Shown here in pieces: positions 36,890 to 49,022 of a stretch of DNA of 64,000 nt. The notes beneath the pieces are model-generated. The model saw nothing but the letters and a program-made list of their open reading frames with translations, was not told where the DNA came from and ran no database searches. Both the position numbers and the translations under genes were made by a program. The stretch is from Lama guanicoe (Eukaryota). The DNA lies in contig MU057346.1 in NCBI GenBank assembly GCA_013239625.1, forward strand, positions 2,938,431 through 3,002,430. The letters are read 5' to 3'. Numbering within the stretch: the first letter of the stretch is position 1; each line of letters starts with the position of its first letter.

Positions 36890-38100
36890 CAGTGAGCTGG
36901 AGCTGGCAGAAATTTTGTGACCCAGTTGTTAAACACAGACACCATTAAAACTTAAATTGCATAAACGTACAATTAAATAAATTTTATTCAAAACCAAGTT
37001 ATTAAATACTCGAAGCTGATTGCTTCCTAGTCATTTTATGATCCCTGGCTGTTTTTATCTGTGCTCCTGAGGTGGTCTGGGTCTGGATGGCAGAAATGCT
37101 TCAGCCCCGCGTGCAGCTGCAGGGCTCTCCCTAAACCCACGTCTGGTGACATCACCTTGCTGGCGTGAAGCAGCCAGGGTGGGAGTATTTACACCGTGGA
37201 AATAGGCAAAAAGTACAAACCAAGCCTTAGTTGGTGGTTTATATTGCCACGGCTTAAGGAAGTAATTACAATATTAATAATGCAGACTAAATGTAAGAGT
37301 ATCAGGACCCTAGTCATTACGCTATGACTATTCTAAAAAAGAGGAAATGTTCTTTCAGCATATTAAACAAGAAACCTCTTTTATCCGACTCCACAAAGAA
37401 GCTGCTTGTGACATTGAAGACTGAGTGAAGTTCTAAAATCTGTCTGTCTTGATTCTTTTGTTTTCCTCCTCCTAGTTAGCTTAAAAGTTCTTACAGGTTA
37501 AAACTACCAACCAGTGTTCATCAGCTGCTTTTTGGCGGTGGATGTAAGAGGTGGGCAGAAATCAATGAAAGCACTGGGTGAGAATCAATTGGCTCTGTGG
37601 AATATATAATAAAGAATGTTGCATATTTTTATAAATGTGTGTGGTAACATCTTTTACATCAGTAAATTTTATAATAAACTTATGTGCAGTCGGCCCTCCA
37701 TGTCCAGGGGTTCTGCATCCCCAGATTCAACCAACCTTGGATCATAAATATTTGAAAAAAAATTCCAGAAATATCCGAGAAGCAAAGCTTCAATTGGCCA
37801 CATGCTGCCAACGACTTACATAGCATTTACATNNNNNNNNNNNNNNNNNNNNNNNNNNNNNNNNNNNNNNNNNNNNNNNNNNNNNNNNNNNNNNNNNNNN
37901 NNNNNNNNNNNNNNNNNNNNNNNNNNNNNNNNNNNNNNNNNNNNNNNNNNNNNNNNNNNNNNNNNNNGTCCTCGGATTTTGGTGTCCACAGGGGTCCTGG
38001 AACTAATGCCAGGGGGATCCGAGGGACACCTGTATGTTTATTTACAGGCATGCCTTCGTTTTTGGAGAGCCAGTAGTTAAACATTGACCTGAAGACTGGA
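36890..38100. mobile_element. MER63C/D-like hAT-Blackjack element hosting a nested Tigger MITE
   Basis: aattttgtgacccagttgttaaacacag...acaattaaataaatt...ggtgggagtatttacaccgtggaaataggcaaa...taataatgcagactaaa; far end ggagagccagtagttaaacatt. Confidence 0.75.
37687..38032. mobile_element. MER2-family TcMar-Tigger MITE; contains N block 37833-37967
   Basis: Inverted termini cagtcggccctcc / gagggacacctg followed by TA. Internal gattcaaccaacc, tacatagcatttacat and ggattttggtgtcc. Confidence 0.85.
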
Positions 38101-41100
38101 TTCACTTCAGTCAGCTGTTCGCTTGTGAAACGTGTGAGGGTTCGTTGAGGCAGCATGTGCAAACGGGCCTGCTCCAGTTCTTGGCCCAAAGCCACAAAGA
38201 CGGTAGTGGTCTTAAGCGTTGTCTCCATCCCTGTCACCATCAGAGGGAGCAAGATGACATGGGCAAGGCAGCACGTCCAAGAGCAGACTCACCTAGCACC
38301 CTGTGCTGCCCGGTGTGCCCAGTTCCAACTGCATGGCCACGGTCTCGGGATGTTCATTTCTGCAGAGCAGCAGTCTCTTAGGGTTAGCCTACTGCAGGTC
38401 CTCCCCTCTCTCCTGATATCTACAGCCCTTCCGACAGACTGTGCAAAAATCTGGAAGAAGCAGGGGGCGGCTGTCTTTCATGTAAAGGTGGTCAATTGCT
38501 TTCTACCTCTCCCTTAACACGTACTTGGTCTCCAAATACAATCAGGGACTGTCCTGTCCCCTTGAATCAAGCATTTCACTGTGGTTTACAGGTGCACCAT
38601 CTACCCACACACCTAGACCTTTCAAAAAGGACTTGAAATCTTCTGAGAGGTCTGAAATGATAAGCCTATGAAATATCCACCTGAAAACAGAAAGGGAACA
38701 AGGTGACACCTTGTGGTCCTGCGGAAAAGGATCCCGGGACCTTGCAGCACTCTGAGACACTCCCGGCACATCTAATTTGCAGGTCGTTGATACCTCGAAG
38801 ACCCCGACGTTCTGTCTCCCAGGCGCATTGCCCGAGACAGGCCCAGGCCAGTGGAACAAAGCGATCTCAGAATGATTACTGTACCTCCTTGCTTCCGTAT
38901 CCTCATCTATTTCTTGTTATTCTAGTTGAGTACTGCATTCAGACAGAGGTTGCCAATAAAGTTTATTGTAGGAGCAACGTGTCAATATCTGTTGTACCCC
39001 CCGCCTAGGGTGCTTGTAATTAAAATGCCACGGATAGTCCGGGAGAGGCATGAAAATTTGATGGCAAATTGATTTCAGGTTCATCTTGAAATTTGTCCTC
39101 AGCTAGACTCAATACGCCTGGCAGACGTGGGATGGCTTTTGTCAGGAGGGTCTGCTGGAATGAGACAGAGATGTCTCGATGTGAATATTAAATACAGCAT
39201 GCTGTTTATGACAGATGATTCGCTCGGTGCTGAAACACGCTGTGACTTCTCTTTACACATCCTTCTCCATTCAGACTGCAAGGTAGGACCGCATAGATCC
39301 ACTTTACATATGAAAAGATAATGCACAGAACTCCCTGGGTATATGAAATAAAGAGTTTTATTTGAAAAGCTGGCTTCAAACACTGGGTATTCTATCCAAT
39401 ATTCTAAACTTAGAAATGCTCCTTGTATCTAATTTAAGAAAGCTAGAAAAGTAATGCTAATCGAGATGGTGTAATCAAGTATCATGGCCTTATAGCGTCT
39501 CCTCAGAATGTATTGCGGAAAAGGGAAAAAAAGACCTAGAAGTGGGGAAAAATCCCAATATTTAATACTATAAATTGCTGGTTCTTGTAAAGTTGTATTT
39601 ATATATCACATTATAAAAGCCATTATCCTTATGTATTGTTCCTGCAGAAATGTGCTATGATGATAATATAATTTTTAAAGTATATTTGTTTTTAGAATTT
39701 AATTTGGGAAAAGTGTGAGGGAAAAATAATGTGGAGTTTCGAGTGTTCTTAATTTTAAAAGTGTGTTGTTCCGTGGAATTAAACGTGTTCGAGAAAACCC
39801 ATTTTATCCTTTGAAATAGTTTATTTGGCAATTAATTGTATTTACTTTAGAATTCAGTGTGTGATTAGAAACGGAATTGAAAAGAGCGCTGCTCAAAGTG
39901 GGTGCGTTCATTCCTTCCTTTAGCAAATAAGAGTCGAGTCCCTGCCCTGTGCAAAGCAAAACTGGATGAGAAGAGATTACTAGGTGGGACTTCCGTGAGA
40001 CCCCAGTCCCAGGTGCCCCTGTCACTGTGTATAATCTGTAATTAATTTTTCAAAAACGATTCAACTCACGATGCCAAAATCTGCCAGACTGGCTCAAAAA
40101 TAAATGAGGGCTACGGTTTCATTGCTTTTGAACTGGAATTTTAACATGGAAATCAAAGCAATTCCCTTTGCTTCCGAATGTAAGCATCTGTTTGGAATCA
40201 CTTACTGGAAGAACTGGTAGACCTACCTCTTGCTCAGTGTTACCTCCCAGGCAGTCACAGGCGCAAAGGCCCATCAGCGGAGAGTGCTCAGCATATGCTC
40301 CCAGGTCGTCAAGTCACTCCTTTGCACATTCAGGAGATATTTATGGATCTTTTATTAGGATGGGTTTTATGGCCCCAGATTAAAAGTTAAAGTTAAATAG
40401 TAAAAGTAATGAAGATGTGCCTTCGGAGGATCCAACTGGTTTGTGTTTTCATTCCCTCCATTGTGTCAAGGCCCATTGAATTTTGATGATAGCATTAAAA
40501 AAAAAAGGATACCTCGAATCATTTTTGGAAGGAGACCGTGTATGAATGAACAAATTAATAAAATGACCTCTACTCCAAAGATGCTCATTTCTATCTTTCT
40601 CCGTAAGTAGGAGACTTTTTTTTTCCAATTTGGAATTAATTCATGCCAGCTTTAACATTCTCAAGAAATACTGTGGGCAGCATCCGATAGAAGATTTAAT
40701 TATTTGATCATAGAAAATAAATGACTAAATAGTGCATCGGCAGCCCTGGGAAATATGTTTGTGAGTGAAGCGATCAGTAGAAAATGATGCTTCTTGAAGG
40801 CTCATCCAAGAGTTTGTTTTAGATTCTCAAGTGTCTTATTGTGAGGCTGTTGCCGTTGGACAGGGACCCAGTTCAAAACGAAGCTTCGCTTAATGATGAA
40901 TCCATGATCCACTGGAGGCATTAAAGAGTAACCTGGCCTGGAATATGGATTGTCTACAGATTTCACTGATACTTACAGATGCACAGAGGGGGTAAATAAA
41001 GAAGGGTTGTAGTCAAAACTATTTCAGAAATGCAGTACTTATCAGAACCTTTTACATGCAAATGTCTCATACCTAAGAAAGGGAAAGGATGGCAGTATTT

Positions 41101-41561
41101 TCCAAACTTACATAATGACTGCTTACCATCCACCCCACATTTTGTTTTATATTATACAGTATTATATGCAGCACTCAGGGGATAGATAATTAGTATTTTC
41201 CAAATTTTATATTGCCACTTAGCCCCCACCGTTTTTATCATTTTGTGGGACCAGCCTTCTTTGGAACATCCATTGGGAAGACTGTCTTTACTCAAAGGAG
41301 TCTGTTGCAAGCCCCAATTCATACCATGCTGCAAAGATTAACTATATGACAAAATTTTCAACATATATTTTTTTAACTCTGTTAATGGAATGACTCAAAA
41401 TCATCCAACCTATACTGTCACTAAAACTAGACTTTTCCCTAGTTACAACTGTCAGACAAAAAGAGGGACTTTCAGGCATGGCGAGATAGTCTGCATTATA
41501 TTCTAAAAGGAGCCAATTTTAATATCTTTCCTAATGCACTTGCTTTAACTCCTTCCTTTAG

Positions 41562-41640
41562 TAATTAGATAATTATGTATAATTAGCACATTAATTACGT
41601 GCAACAGCTGCAGCTGAGTGTGCGTGTACAGTTGCTTGGC
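41562..41640. promoter_or_regulatory. Candidate enhancer core: 4x TAATTA plus CAGCTGCAGCTG and CAGTTG
   Basis: TAATTA at 41562, 41570, 41580 and 41592; E-boxes at 41605, 41611 and 41629; not in a repeat I recognise. Confidence 0.45.
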
Positions 41641-43339
41641 AATAGCTTGTGAGTTCACTATCAGACCTGTGAAATTTTTCTCCCTGGCATGTTTTCACTA
41701 TTTTTCCTCCCCATGTGCGGAGGTGAAGGGTGCTGCTGTGAACTACAAAGTAACACAGTTGAAATGATGCTAATCTGCTGCGGCCGCCCAGGTAAATGTA
41801 GAGGAAAGCGCCGTCACCTCCCTCCGTGGCTCTCGGCGCCAGTAACAGCATCCTTGCCATTTCTCAGGTCCACCAGGTAGGTTGCTGCCTGCCCCGGGGC
41901 CAGAGAGCAAGGTTCTCTGATGCATTTAAAAAATGCGTTTAATGTTGGTGAAAGGTTTGTTATATATTATTAAGTGGAATGAGCCGTTTAAAAACCAGTA
42001 TGTACAAACCAACGTTAACAAACAATAATAGTACGTACAAGGTGGTTTCCTTGTTATATAAAAATGTAAAATGGATTTATGTAAATAATGTTACTACAAG
42101 TTAGCTGCCTATCTGCCTTTCTTTTCTCAACAAATATTGATGAGATATTGATTATGTACCACTCCCTGTGCTGGTGCTCGGAATACAGCCTATACCGAGA
42201 AGACCATGGTCTGCGCTTTGGAAATGAAAGGCAGTCTGTCATTTTAAAAACTATTTGCCTAGGATTGACCATTTGCTAAAATGAGTTTGTCACTTTTATC
42301 ATCAGATTTAAAAAAAAAAAACCCTCAAATGTATTGGGAAAGTTTAATAACCTCCTGTAATTTCATACTAAGCATAAGGCTAGGCACATAGCATGAGCTC
42401 AGTAAACACTTCTTGAGTTAAATGGAATTATATTTGCATTTGAAAACAACACTCAGATTAAAATGCCAGCTTTTTAAATTTATTTTTTAGTGATTTGTTT
42501 GAACCTGGAGGTACCCCACGGGAGCGTGTGGGACAGACATATTCCCTATGGATTCTTCCTCGGAAGACCACTGATGGGACCACGTGGGCTCACGTACCAG
42601 CTCTGAGTAGACCTAGCAGTCGCCCAGGAGAGATACAAGGCCTCCACCAGCATTATCCCATCGTGGTCTCCCTGCCCCCCCGAGGCAGCTCCCTCTGCAC
42701 CGGCACCTGCCTTCACACCTGCCGGCCTCCAAGCCGCAGCAAGCCTGCATGCTCAGCACTACAGTGCGTTTCTTTTGTAAAGGTGGCTTTGCAGAGGGCA
42801 GAGGGTCCTCTGTGGAAGATGTCAGCACACTGACTTTAGGAAAAACAAAACAAAAAAAAGAAATGAATAAAACTCCCTTAGCTTGGAATCCTGGCAAAGT
42901 CGAAAGACTCCTGACAGTGAACCAGTTGTGGCCAGTAGGAATTTTTTGCTTTGTTAGGTGTCTCTCTCTCTCTTCCTCCTTTCTTTCTCCCCACTTTGGT
43001 CTTCTGTGTTTCTTCCTCTCTCTCCTTTCCCCCACTTCCTTGCCCTTTTATTAAAATGTTCCCACAAATTAAATGGTAGCCTGTGCTCACCACAGTCAGT
43101 GAAACCATGCCAATGAATAATAGGAGAAATGGATCACAGTGTCCCCCTTTCCTTCTGCTGTCCCCTAGCCACACCAGCTACGCCATGACCACAGCTGACA
43201 GCCTGCCGGGAGCCCTGTGCACTGTCTCCAGACTCTTCTACCCATACAGAGACATCCTGGGCTCATACAGGGAGGCTTTCCTGTTTGCTTTTATGAAAGC
43301 ACTGCCCTGCTTATGCACGGCGCACCGTGCCTGGCTTGC

Positions 43340-43465
43340 TTATCCCCCTGACCGATACATCACAGACGTCTCTCCAGGTCAGTAGATAGAAGAGTGAACT
43401 CATTTCTTCTAATAGCTGCATAACACCTCATAGTATGGATATTCCATAATTTATTACAATTGGAC
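43340..43465 (-). mobile_element. L1ME-like fragment
   Basis: ctcatttcttctaatagctgcataacacctcatagtatggatattccataatttatt. Confidence 0.55.
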
Positions 43466-44323
43466 TTCCATCCATTTAAAATTCTCATGTTTAGAGCTTT
43501 CTGGACATTTGGAAACGTTTTGCAAAATTGACATCATCTCTGTAAATGTATGAACTCAAATTCCCTCTAGAATGGCTGGATATTTAGAACATCCTGCACA
43601 CGTGGCTTGTTTGTAAACTCTTCTTCCCCAAACGTTATCCTCTTCTTTGCACATGTGCCATCTCTTCATATTACTCTCAGCCCTTCCTATATACCTGCAG
43701 AATATGTATTTTTTTGCATCGGCAAAAGTCCAGCTGAAAGAATACTTATTTAGCATAATTTAAACATGAGGGTCTTTTCATGCTACTTCCATTTAAATAA
43801 TTCAAAAATCCGTTGCAAAGTGTCTCAGTACTAGGGGAAGAGAGCTGCTAATGGATATATCATCGCCACTGAAGACAAACTGCGTTATTCCATCGGCAGT
43901 TGAGAAGTATGAGAGAAAGATCAAGATTAACATTGTCATCATTGGTGTTATGTTATCTGCTCCTCTCTGGAGGCACAGGTCTGATTCCTGTGAAATCGCT
44001 TTTCCTCCTCTTTAGGGATGGTGGCGTTGACGTGGTTTTAATTTGAACTGCATTATTTGCCTTATATATTTTTAAAAGTTCTATGAAAGAGTGTCTTACA
44101 CATGTTTCTTATTGATGAAATCAGGATGATCCTTCAAATATGAAGCAGGTATCTCTGAATATTCAAATCCTGGACTGCATTTGTAGCGGCACGAATGATT
44201 CTTCTGAAACTGACACATCAAGGAGCTTCTCATCCATTATTAAATTACCTTTTCCTGAAACAAAGTATTTATCAGATGTAACTCGATACCCAAATTCCTC
44301 TTCTTGTTAAACTAGAAGCTATG

Positions 44324-44348
44324 ACACACACACACACACATACACACA
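44324..44348 (+). repeat. (AC)n microsatellite
   Basis: Seen directly. Confidence 0.9.
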
Positions 44349-44911
44349 AGTCTTTAGTCTTGGTTTTAACATTTTAAGCATCCACAGACAAGTAATAGAA
44401 TGAGTGATAGAAAATTGCCAGAATTGAAATTATTTCCAGCTATGTTTAAATATGAATGTCTTGTTCGACTCTTAGCATATGTATTTATGGCCGTGTGATA
44501 TCATTATGGCATCGTAATGAACGTCTGCTGAATTATGTGGGATTCAGTGGGGGATACAAATGGATTTAAATTCTGTAACTGTCATGCTGCGGTCCGAAAA
44601 GGGCGGAAACTGACATATCTCCCTGCATTAACACATCTGTCAAGCAGCCTCAGCCCTCTGCGCAGGTCTCGTCTGTTGGAAGAGGGAGGCGGGGTGGGCA
44701 GAGGGGGCTCTGCTTTGAGCGCATATAGGGACGGGTGTGAAAAACCCAACACAAGGCACATTATGGAGCTGCCTGACTTGGCTTTTGGATTTGTTACTCT
44801 GAATGAAGAACAGTGTTGTACATATTTTTTTTCCTTTTCTTATTCTGAATGCCTACCTTTAAATGAAGTGAGTAGGTTACCTTATTATATAGTCTTTATT
44901 AGTGAGTGAGC

Positions 44912-44937
<26 letters not shown>
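44912..44937 (+). repeat. (GT)13 microsatellite
   Basis: Seen directly. Confidence 0.95.
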
Positions 44938-44942
<5 letters not shown>

Positions 44943-44969
44943 ACAGAAGCAGAATGAAGAGAGAGGGGA

Positions 44970-45180
44970 TGGTCCTGAGTTTGGATTCAGCTTCTTCCTT
45001 ATGAGCTGTACGTACGCCATGGAGCCTGGTAATTAAACACTTGGAGCCCAAGTTTTCTCCTGTTGCATGGAAATAAGTAATACTGCATACTTTCCAGTAT
45101 TCTCATCAGATTCACATGCAATACGTATGTTGAGGGTCTAGCAAAGTCCCTGTTAAATAAGAACTTAAAATATGGTAGTT
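44970..45180 (+). mobile_element. Degenerate MIR SINE
   Basis: cctgagtttggattcagctt...agctgt...gagcccaagttttctcctgt...taatactgcatact...ctagcaaagtccctg...taaaatatggtagtt. Confidence 0.6.
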
Positions 45181-45325
45181 GACGTGGCTGTTTTTGCTGT
45201 TTTTATTATGAATGTTACCTTTTCAAAAAATACCCACAGTGCCCCAGGAGTAATTTTTCTCAGTCGTGTACATTAGAAACTTACCATTTTAACATCAGCA
45301 ACACGAATTCACCGAGCACTACGAT

Positions 45326-45455
45326 TTCATTCATTTAAGAGATATTTACTGAACGCCAGCTGAGTAGAAGGCAGGATGCTAGGTCTAGGGAAACAGTAGC
45401 CAGCAGCGCCCCACAAGTCCCTCCCCTTCACAAGTCCGTCACCTTCCAGGGGAGT
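45326..45455 (-). mobile_element. L2 3' end fragment
   Basis: ttcattcattta...atatttactgaacgcc...aggcaggatgctaggtctagggaaacag. Confidence 0.65.
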
Positions 45456-45864
45456 AGATGCAAATCCCGACTGTTCAGGGAGAAGGATTCTGGTGAAAAG
45501 AGGGGCAGGTCCCTCCAGAACAGTGCCCGCTTCCTGCGAGGGGCGTGGCTGGACTTTGCCTTAGCGGGGAGGTGGAGGAGAGCATTGCCTCTCGTTTCTC
45601 TGTGCACAGAATGACGTTTCAGCCCCTGCGCTGACTGGTGCCCACGGGCCCCGTGGTTCGTTGCTGGGCCCCCATGGTGTGGGGAAAGGTGACTTGTGCC
45701 TCGCAGGGCGTCTGGTAGAAACTCCTTCCATCACTGTTTTCTGTGCTAGATTTCCCATCACTTGCCAAAGTTGATAAGTCTGTTTGCTTCCGTTTTTTCC
45801 CTAGTTTAACCTTATAAATTAGGTAGATTGTAGACAGGGATATCCCCTCTGAAGCAGGACTGAT

Positions 45865-46025
45865 TGACCCCACTAATTAGCTGTGTGGCCCTGTCCGTCA
45901 TGCCTCAGTTGTATCATCTGTATAATGGGATCCTAATAGTACAGATCTCACTGAGCTGTAAGGATGAAAAGCTTTGGTATTGAAATGCTTAGGTAAAGCC
46001 CGGGCGTGGAGAGGGCTACATGGCT
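45865..46025 (+). mobile_element. MIR SINE
   Basis: cactaattagctgtgtggccctg...tgcctcagttgtatcatctgtataatgggatcctaatagtac. Confidence 0.75.
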
Positions 46026-46089
46026 CTTTACTGTTGCTTATTCTTGTTCTCATGAAGTGCATCATTCTGGTAATAGTCATCTTTAGGAT

Positions 46090-46725
46090 ATTTTAATCAC
46101 TTTTTGGCTTACTTTATGCCATCCTCCCCATCAGACCCCCCTCCATAGTAGGTAAAACGTGTTAACAGTCTAATACATTTTCTTCTAAATTTTTTCTATA
46201 CCTATATACGTACACACACACACAATCTGTGTATTTATCCATCTGTAGGAGATATACATATATGCACACATATATGTATGTGTGTATATGTGGGCATAGA
46301 AAAAATATGTATGTGTATATATGTATGTATATATAAATGTGTGTGTGTAGATCTCCTACAGATATATAAACACACACACACAGATGCACATACGTATTTA
46401 GAGTTTTTGAGATTTTTTTTTTGGTAGCTTTGCTTGGTAAAACATGGAGTCCTCCTGTGCACACTATCCTGTATCTTTCTTTTCTCCTCTGCCTGCGGTG
46501 TGGTCTCCTGTGGCATGGATGTGCCGTGCTCTGTGTGGTCCTTCTGCATCTTGATGTGTTGAAGGGCATTCATATAGTTTCCAGGGGTTTCTCCCCACAC
46601 TCCTGCCCGGCCACAAATAGTGATCCAATGAGCATCTTTGTTGATCTGTCCAGACTGATGCTGTTATTTCCGTGGGATGGATTCCCAGGTGTGGGATTGC
46701 TGGGCCAGACTCTAAATTTTTTAAA
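46090..46725 (-). mobile_element. L1ME-like fragments around a mixed (TA/CA/TG)n tract
   Basis: gttaacagtctaatacattttcttctaaattttttcta and ggatggattcccaggtgtgggattgctgggcca; alternating purine-pyrimidine tract at about 46200-46395. Confidence 0.55.
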
Positions 46726-48204
46726 TGGATTTTTCTCAATCTAATGGACGGTGCTGAAGAGAGCCAAAATCTTGATAGAAACACTCCACTTAGAGTGAAT
46801 TTTTTTAGATGTGAAAGTGGATGGTAATTAAGCGTACACACATTAAAAAGAGTAATTTGACCAGCATATCACAGTATTAATTGATTATAATGTCTGAAAG
46901 ACTTTGGATTCCAATATTCGAGAATGAGGAAGCAGATGGAAAGTCTACCAGTTACAGGCATGTATTTTGCACACGAATATGAGAAAGCGACTGGCTTACC
47001 TTTGCTAGTATTTTTGTAGAACAGAAATCACTAGTAAGTGTCATGTTGGATGCCATGCGCAGATGATTAGTGGCCGTCCGGACGGTTCCAGTGGACAGGG
47101 ATGCTGAAGCCGAATCCAGGCTGGGGGCCCAGGAGGGCCCTGGTTGGTTGGTGTGTTATGATGAACAGGGTGTGTGGGTAAGTGTGAATCCAGGCATTCA
47201 CTGCCCCTGTAGCAGAGTGAACATTTCACCCTCCCAAATCACAGAGGTGGATAATGGAACATCTGTGACAGGGACGGCCTTTTCATCCGACGCTTCCAGA
47301 GGCCCAGCATTTCTAAGCTAAGGGGAGGTCTTGCTGGTACCTGATAGGTGAGTGAAGGGTTTGCATTTTATCAAGGCGGCAGCGAGCAAAAGGGACCAGA
47401 AGAGCTCAAAACAGATAATGGTTTTTGTGGGGGGGGTGCGGTCATCAGAGCAAGCAGACCTGGACAAAGGATTGACCGTGTAGGGTGAGGGAGAGTGCCT
47501 CCAGACCCTCCCAGAAACACACCTCCTTCGTCTTGGAGGAGAATTGAGTTACTCTGTGTAACAGAGTACAGCGGCAGAATGATTTCTTCTATGTAAACAT
47601 TTTGACAGCTTACTTACATACATAGTCTTGACTCCATGGGATCTTGGAGGGTCCTCAAGAGACATTTTGCGCATCTTCTCTGCTTTTTCATATTCCTTTT
47701 TATTGAGGGTTAGTCGGTGGTGATGGCGGTGTTCCAGGAATGTGTCAGAATTGGGAGAATGTGGGAGAGGCAGAGAGTGGTAAAAGGCCTGACCCGAGTT
47801 CATGTTCAGATGTCACTATCTACCAGCTGAGAACAGTTGGGTCAATCAACTACTGTGTAGGCCTCCTCTTTTAGCAAATGCACAGACAGACCTACTTATA
47901 TGACGGAGCTGCATGCAGTTTAGTGAATTAAAAGTGCTTATTTATATAATGTAAATTCTGAACAAGCATTAAACAAAGAGATGGGACACGTCACACTGGT
48001 TTCCAACCTAGTTTGTTGGCGTTGTCAAGATGCCTGCCTTTACAAGTGTCCTTTTATTTCCTTAGTATTGAAAAGAGTACTTCTCTGAGTATTAGGCAGT
48101 GTTTCAGTCAGTGCTTTAAAACTACAACCTCAACTTTTCTTATAGAATTAGTAAACCTACAAGAAAAAGCAATGTACCCTAAACCCTACACCTGTGAAAA
48201 CTGG

Positions 48205-48207
<3 letters not shown>

Positions 48208-48237
<30 letters not shown>
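48208..48237 (+). repeat. (GT)15 microsatellite
   Basis: Seen directly. Confidence 0.95.
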
Positions 48238-48238
<1 letters not shown>

Positions 48239-48344
48239 GTTTAACTTGTAGGTCGTGGCGGATGTTTGAATTTTGATGCTGTGTATGTAGTTTCAGTGCT
48301 CGAGTTGGGGAAAGTGAGCACTTGAAACTCATGACAAATTTTGC

Positions 48345-48470
48345 AGACTTTCAGGAAACTGACGTTCAGAGATGAAGTAATTTGCCAGTGAGTCACCGTG
48401 CAGTGAGTGGTGAGGCTAGCTGCAAACCCACTGCTGTCCATGTCGAAAGCCTGTGTTCTTTCCACACACA
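48345..48470 (-). mobile_element. MIR fragment
   Basis: aggaaactgacgttcagagatgaagtaatttgcc...gtcac...aaagcctgtgttctttccac. Confidence 0.65.
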
Positions 48471-48890
48471 TAAGACTACGGAGGAGACGGGAAGAGAAAG
48501 AAGGCTTTTTTTTTTTTTAATTCAGAAGTTGATCTGAGAGTTGTTCACCTTTGTCCTACTCTCTTCATTAAGGCAAGACGTGGATTCACCAACTCTGGAA
48601 GTAGTTGAAAAATGAGGGTCAGAATATTAAAAAAAAAATCTAGTTAAATTAAGTCACCATTCTGGTTGATTGAAGTCTTGTTCTATACAAAGAAACACAA
48701 ACAGACAAAAAAGCCCTTATTCTTTTGAGTGTTTCTTAGACCTAGCCTTTCCCCACAAGTCCCCCTCTGCTCACACTTGAAGTTTTCTTCTGCATCGAAT
48801 GGCAGTAACTCACCCGGGTCCTGGGCTCTGCCTGCAATCTCTTCCTCTATTTCCGATGTCCCTCTCTGCCTTCTTCATGAGCTATGACAT

Positions 48891-49022
48891 NNNNNNNNNN
48901 NNNNNNNNNNNNNNNNNNNNNNNNNNNNNNNNNNNNNNNNNNNNNNNNNNNNNNNNNNNNNNNNNNNNNNNNNNNNNNNNNNNNNNNNNNNNNNNNNNNN
49001 NNNNNNNNNNNNNNNNNNNNNN
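48891..49022. other. N block (132 nt)
   Basis: Seen directly. Confidence 0.98.

Noticed and set aside
36236-36945. Longest N-free ORFs (219, 195 and 184 aa)
   Set aside because: They overlap in several frames on both strands and read through a (GT)n microsatellite; consistent with chance stop depletion.
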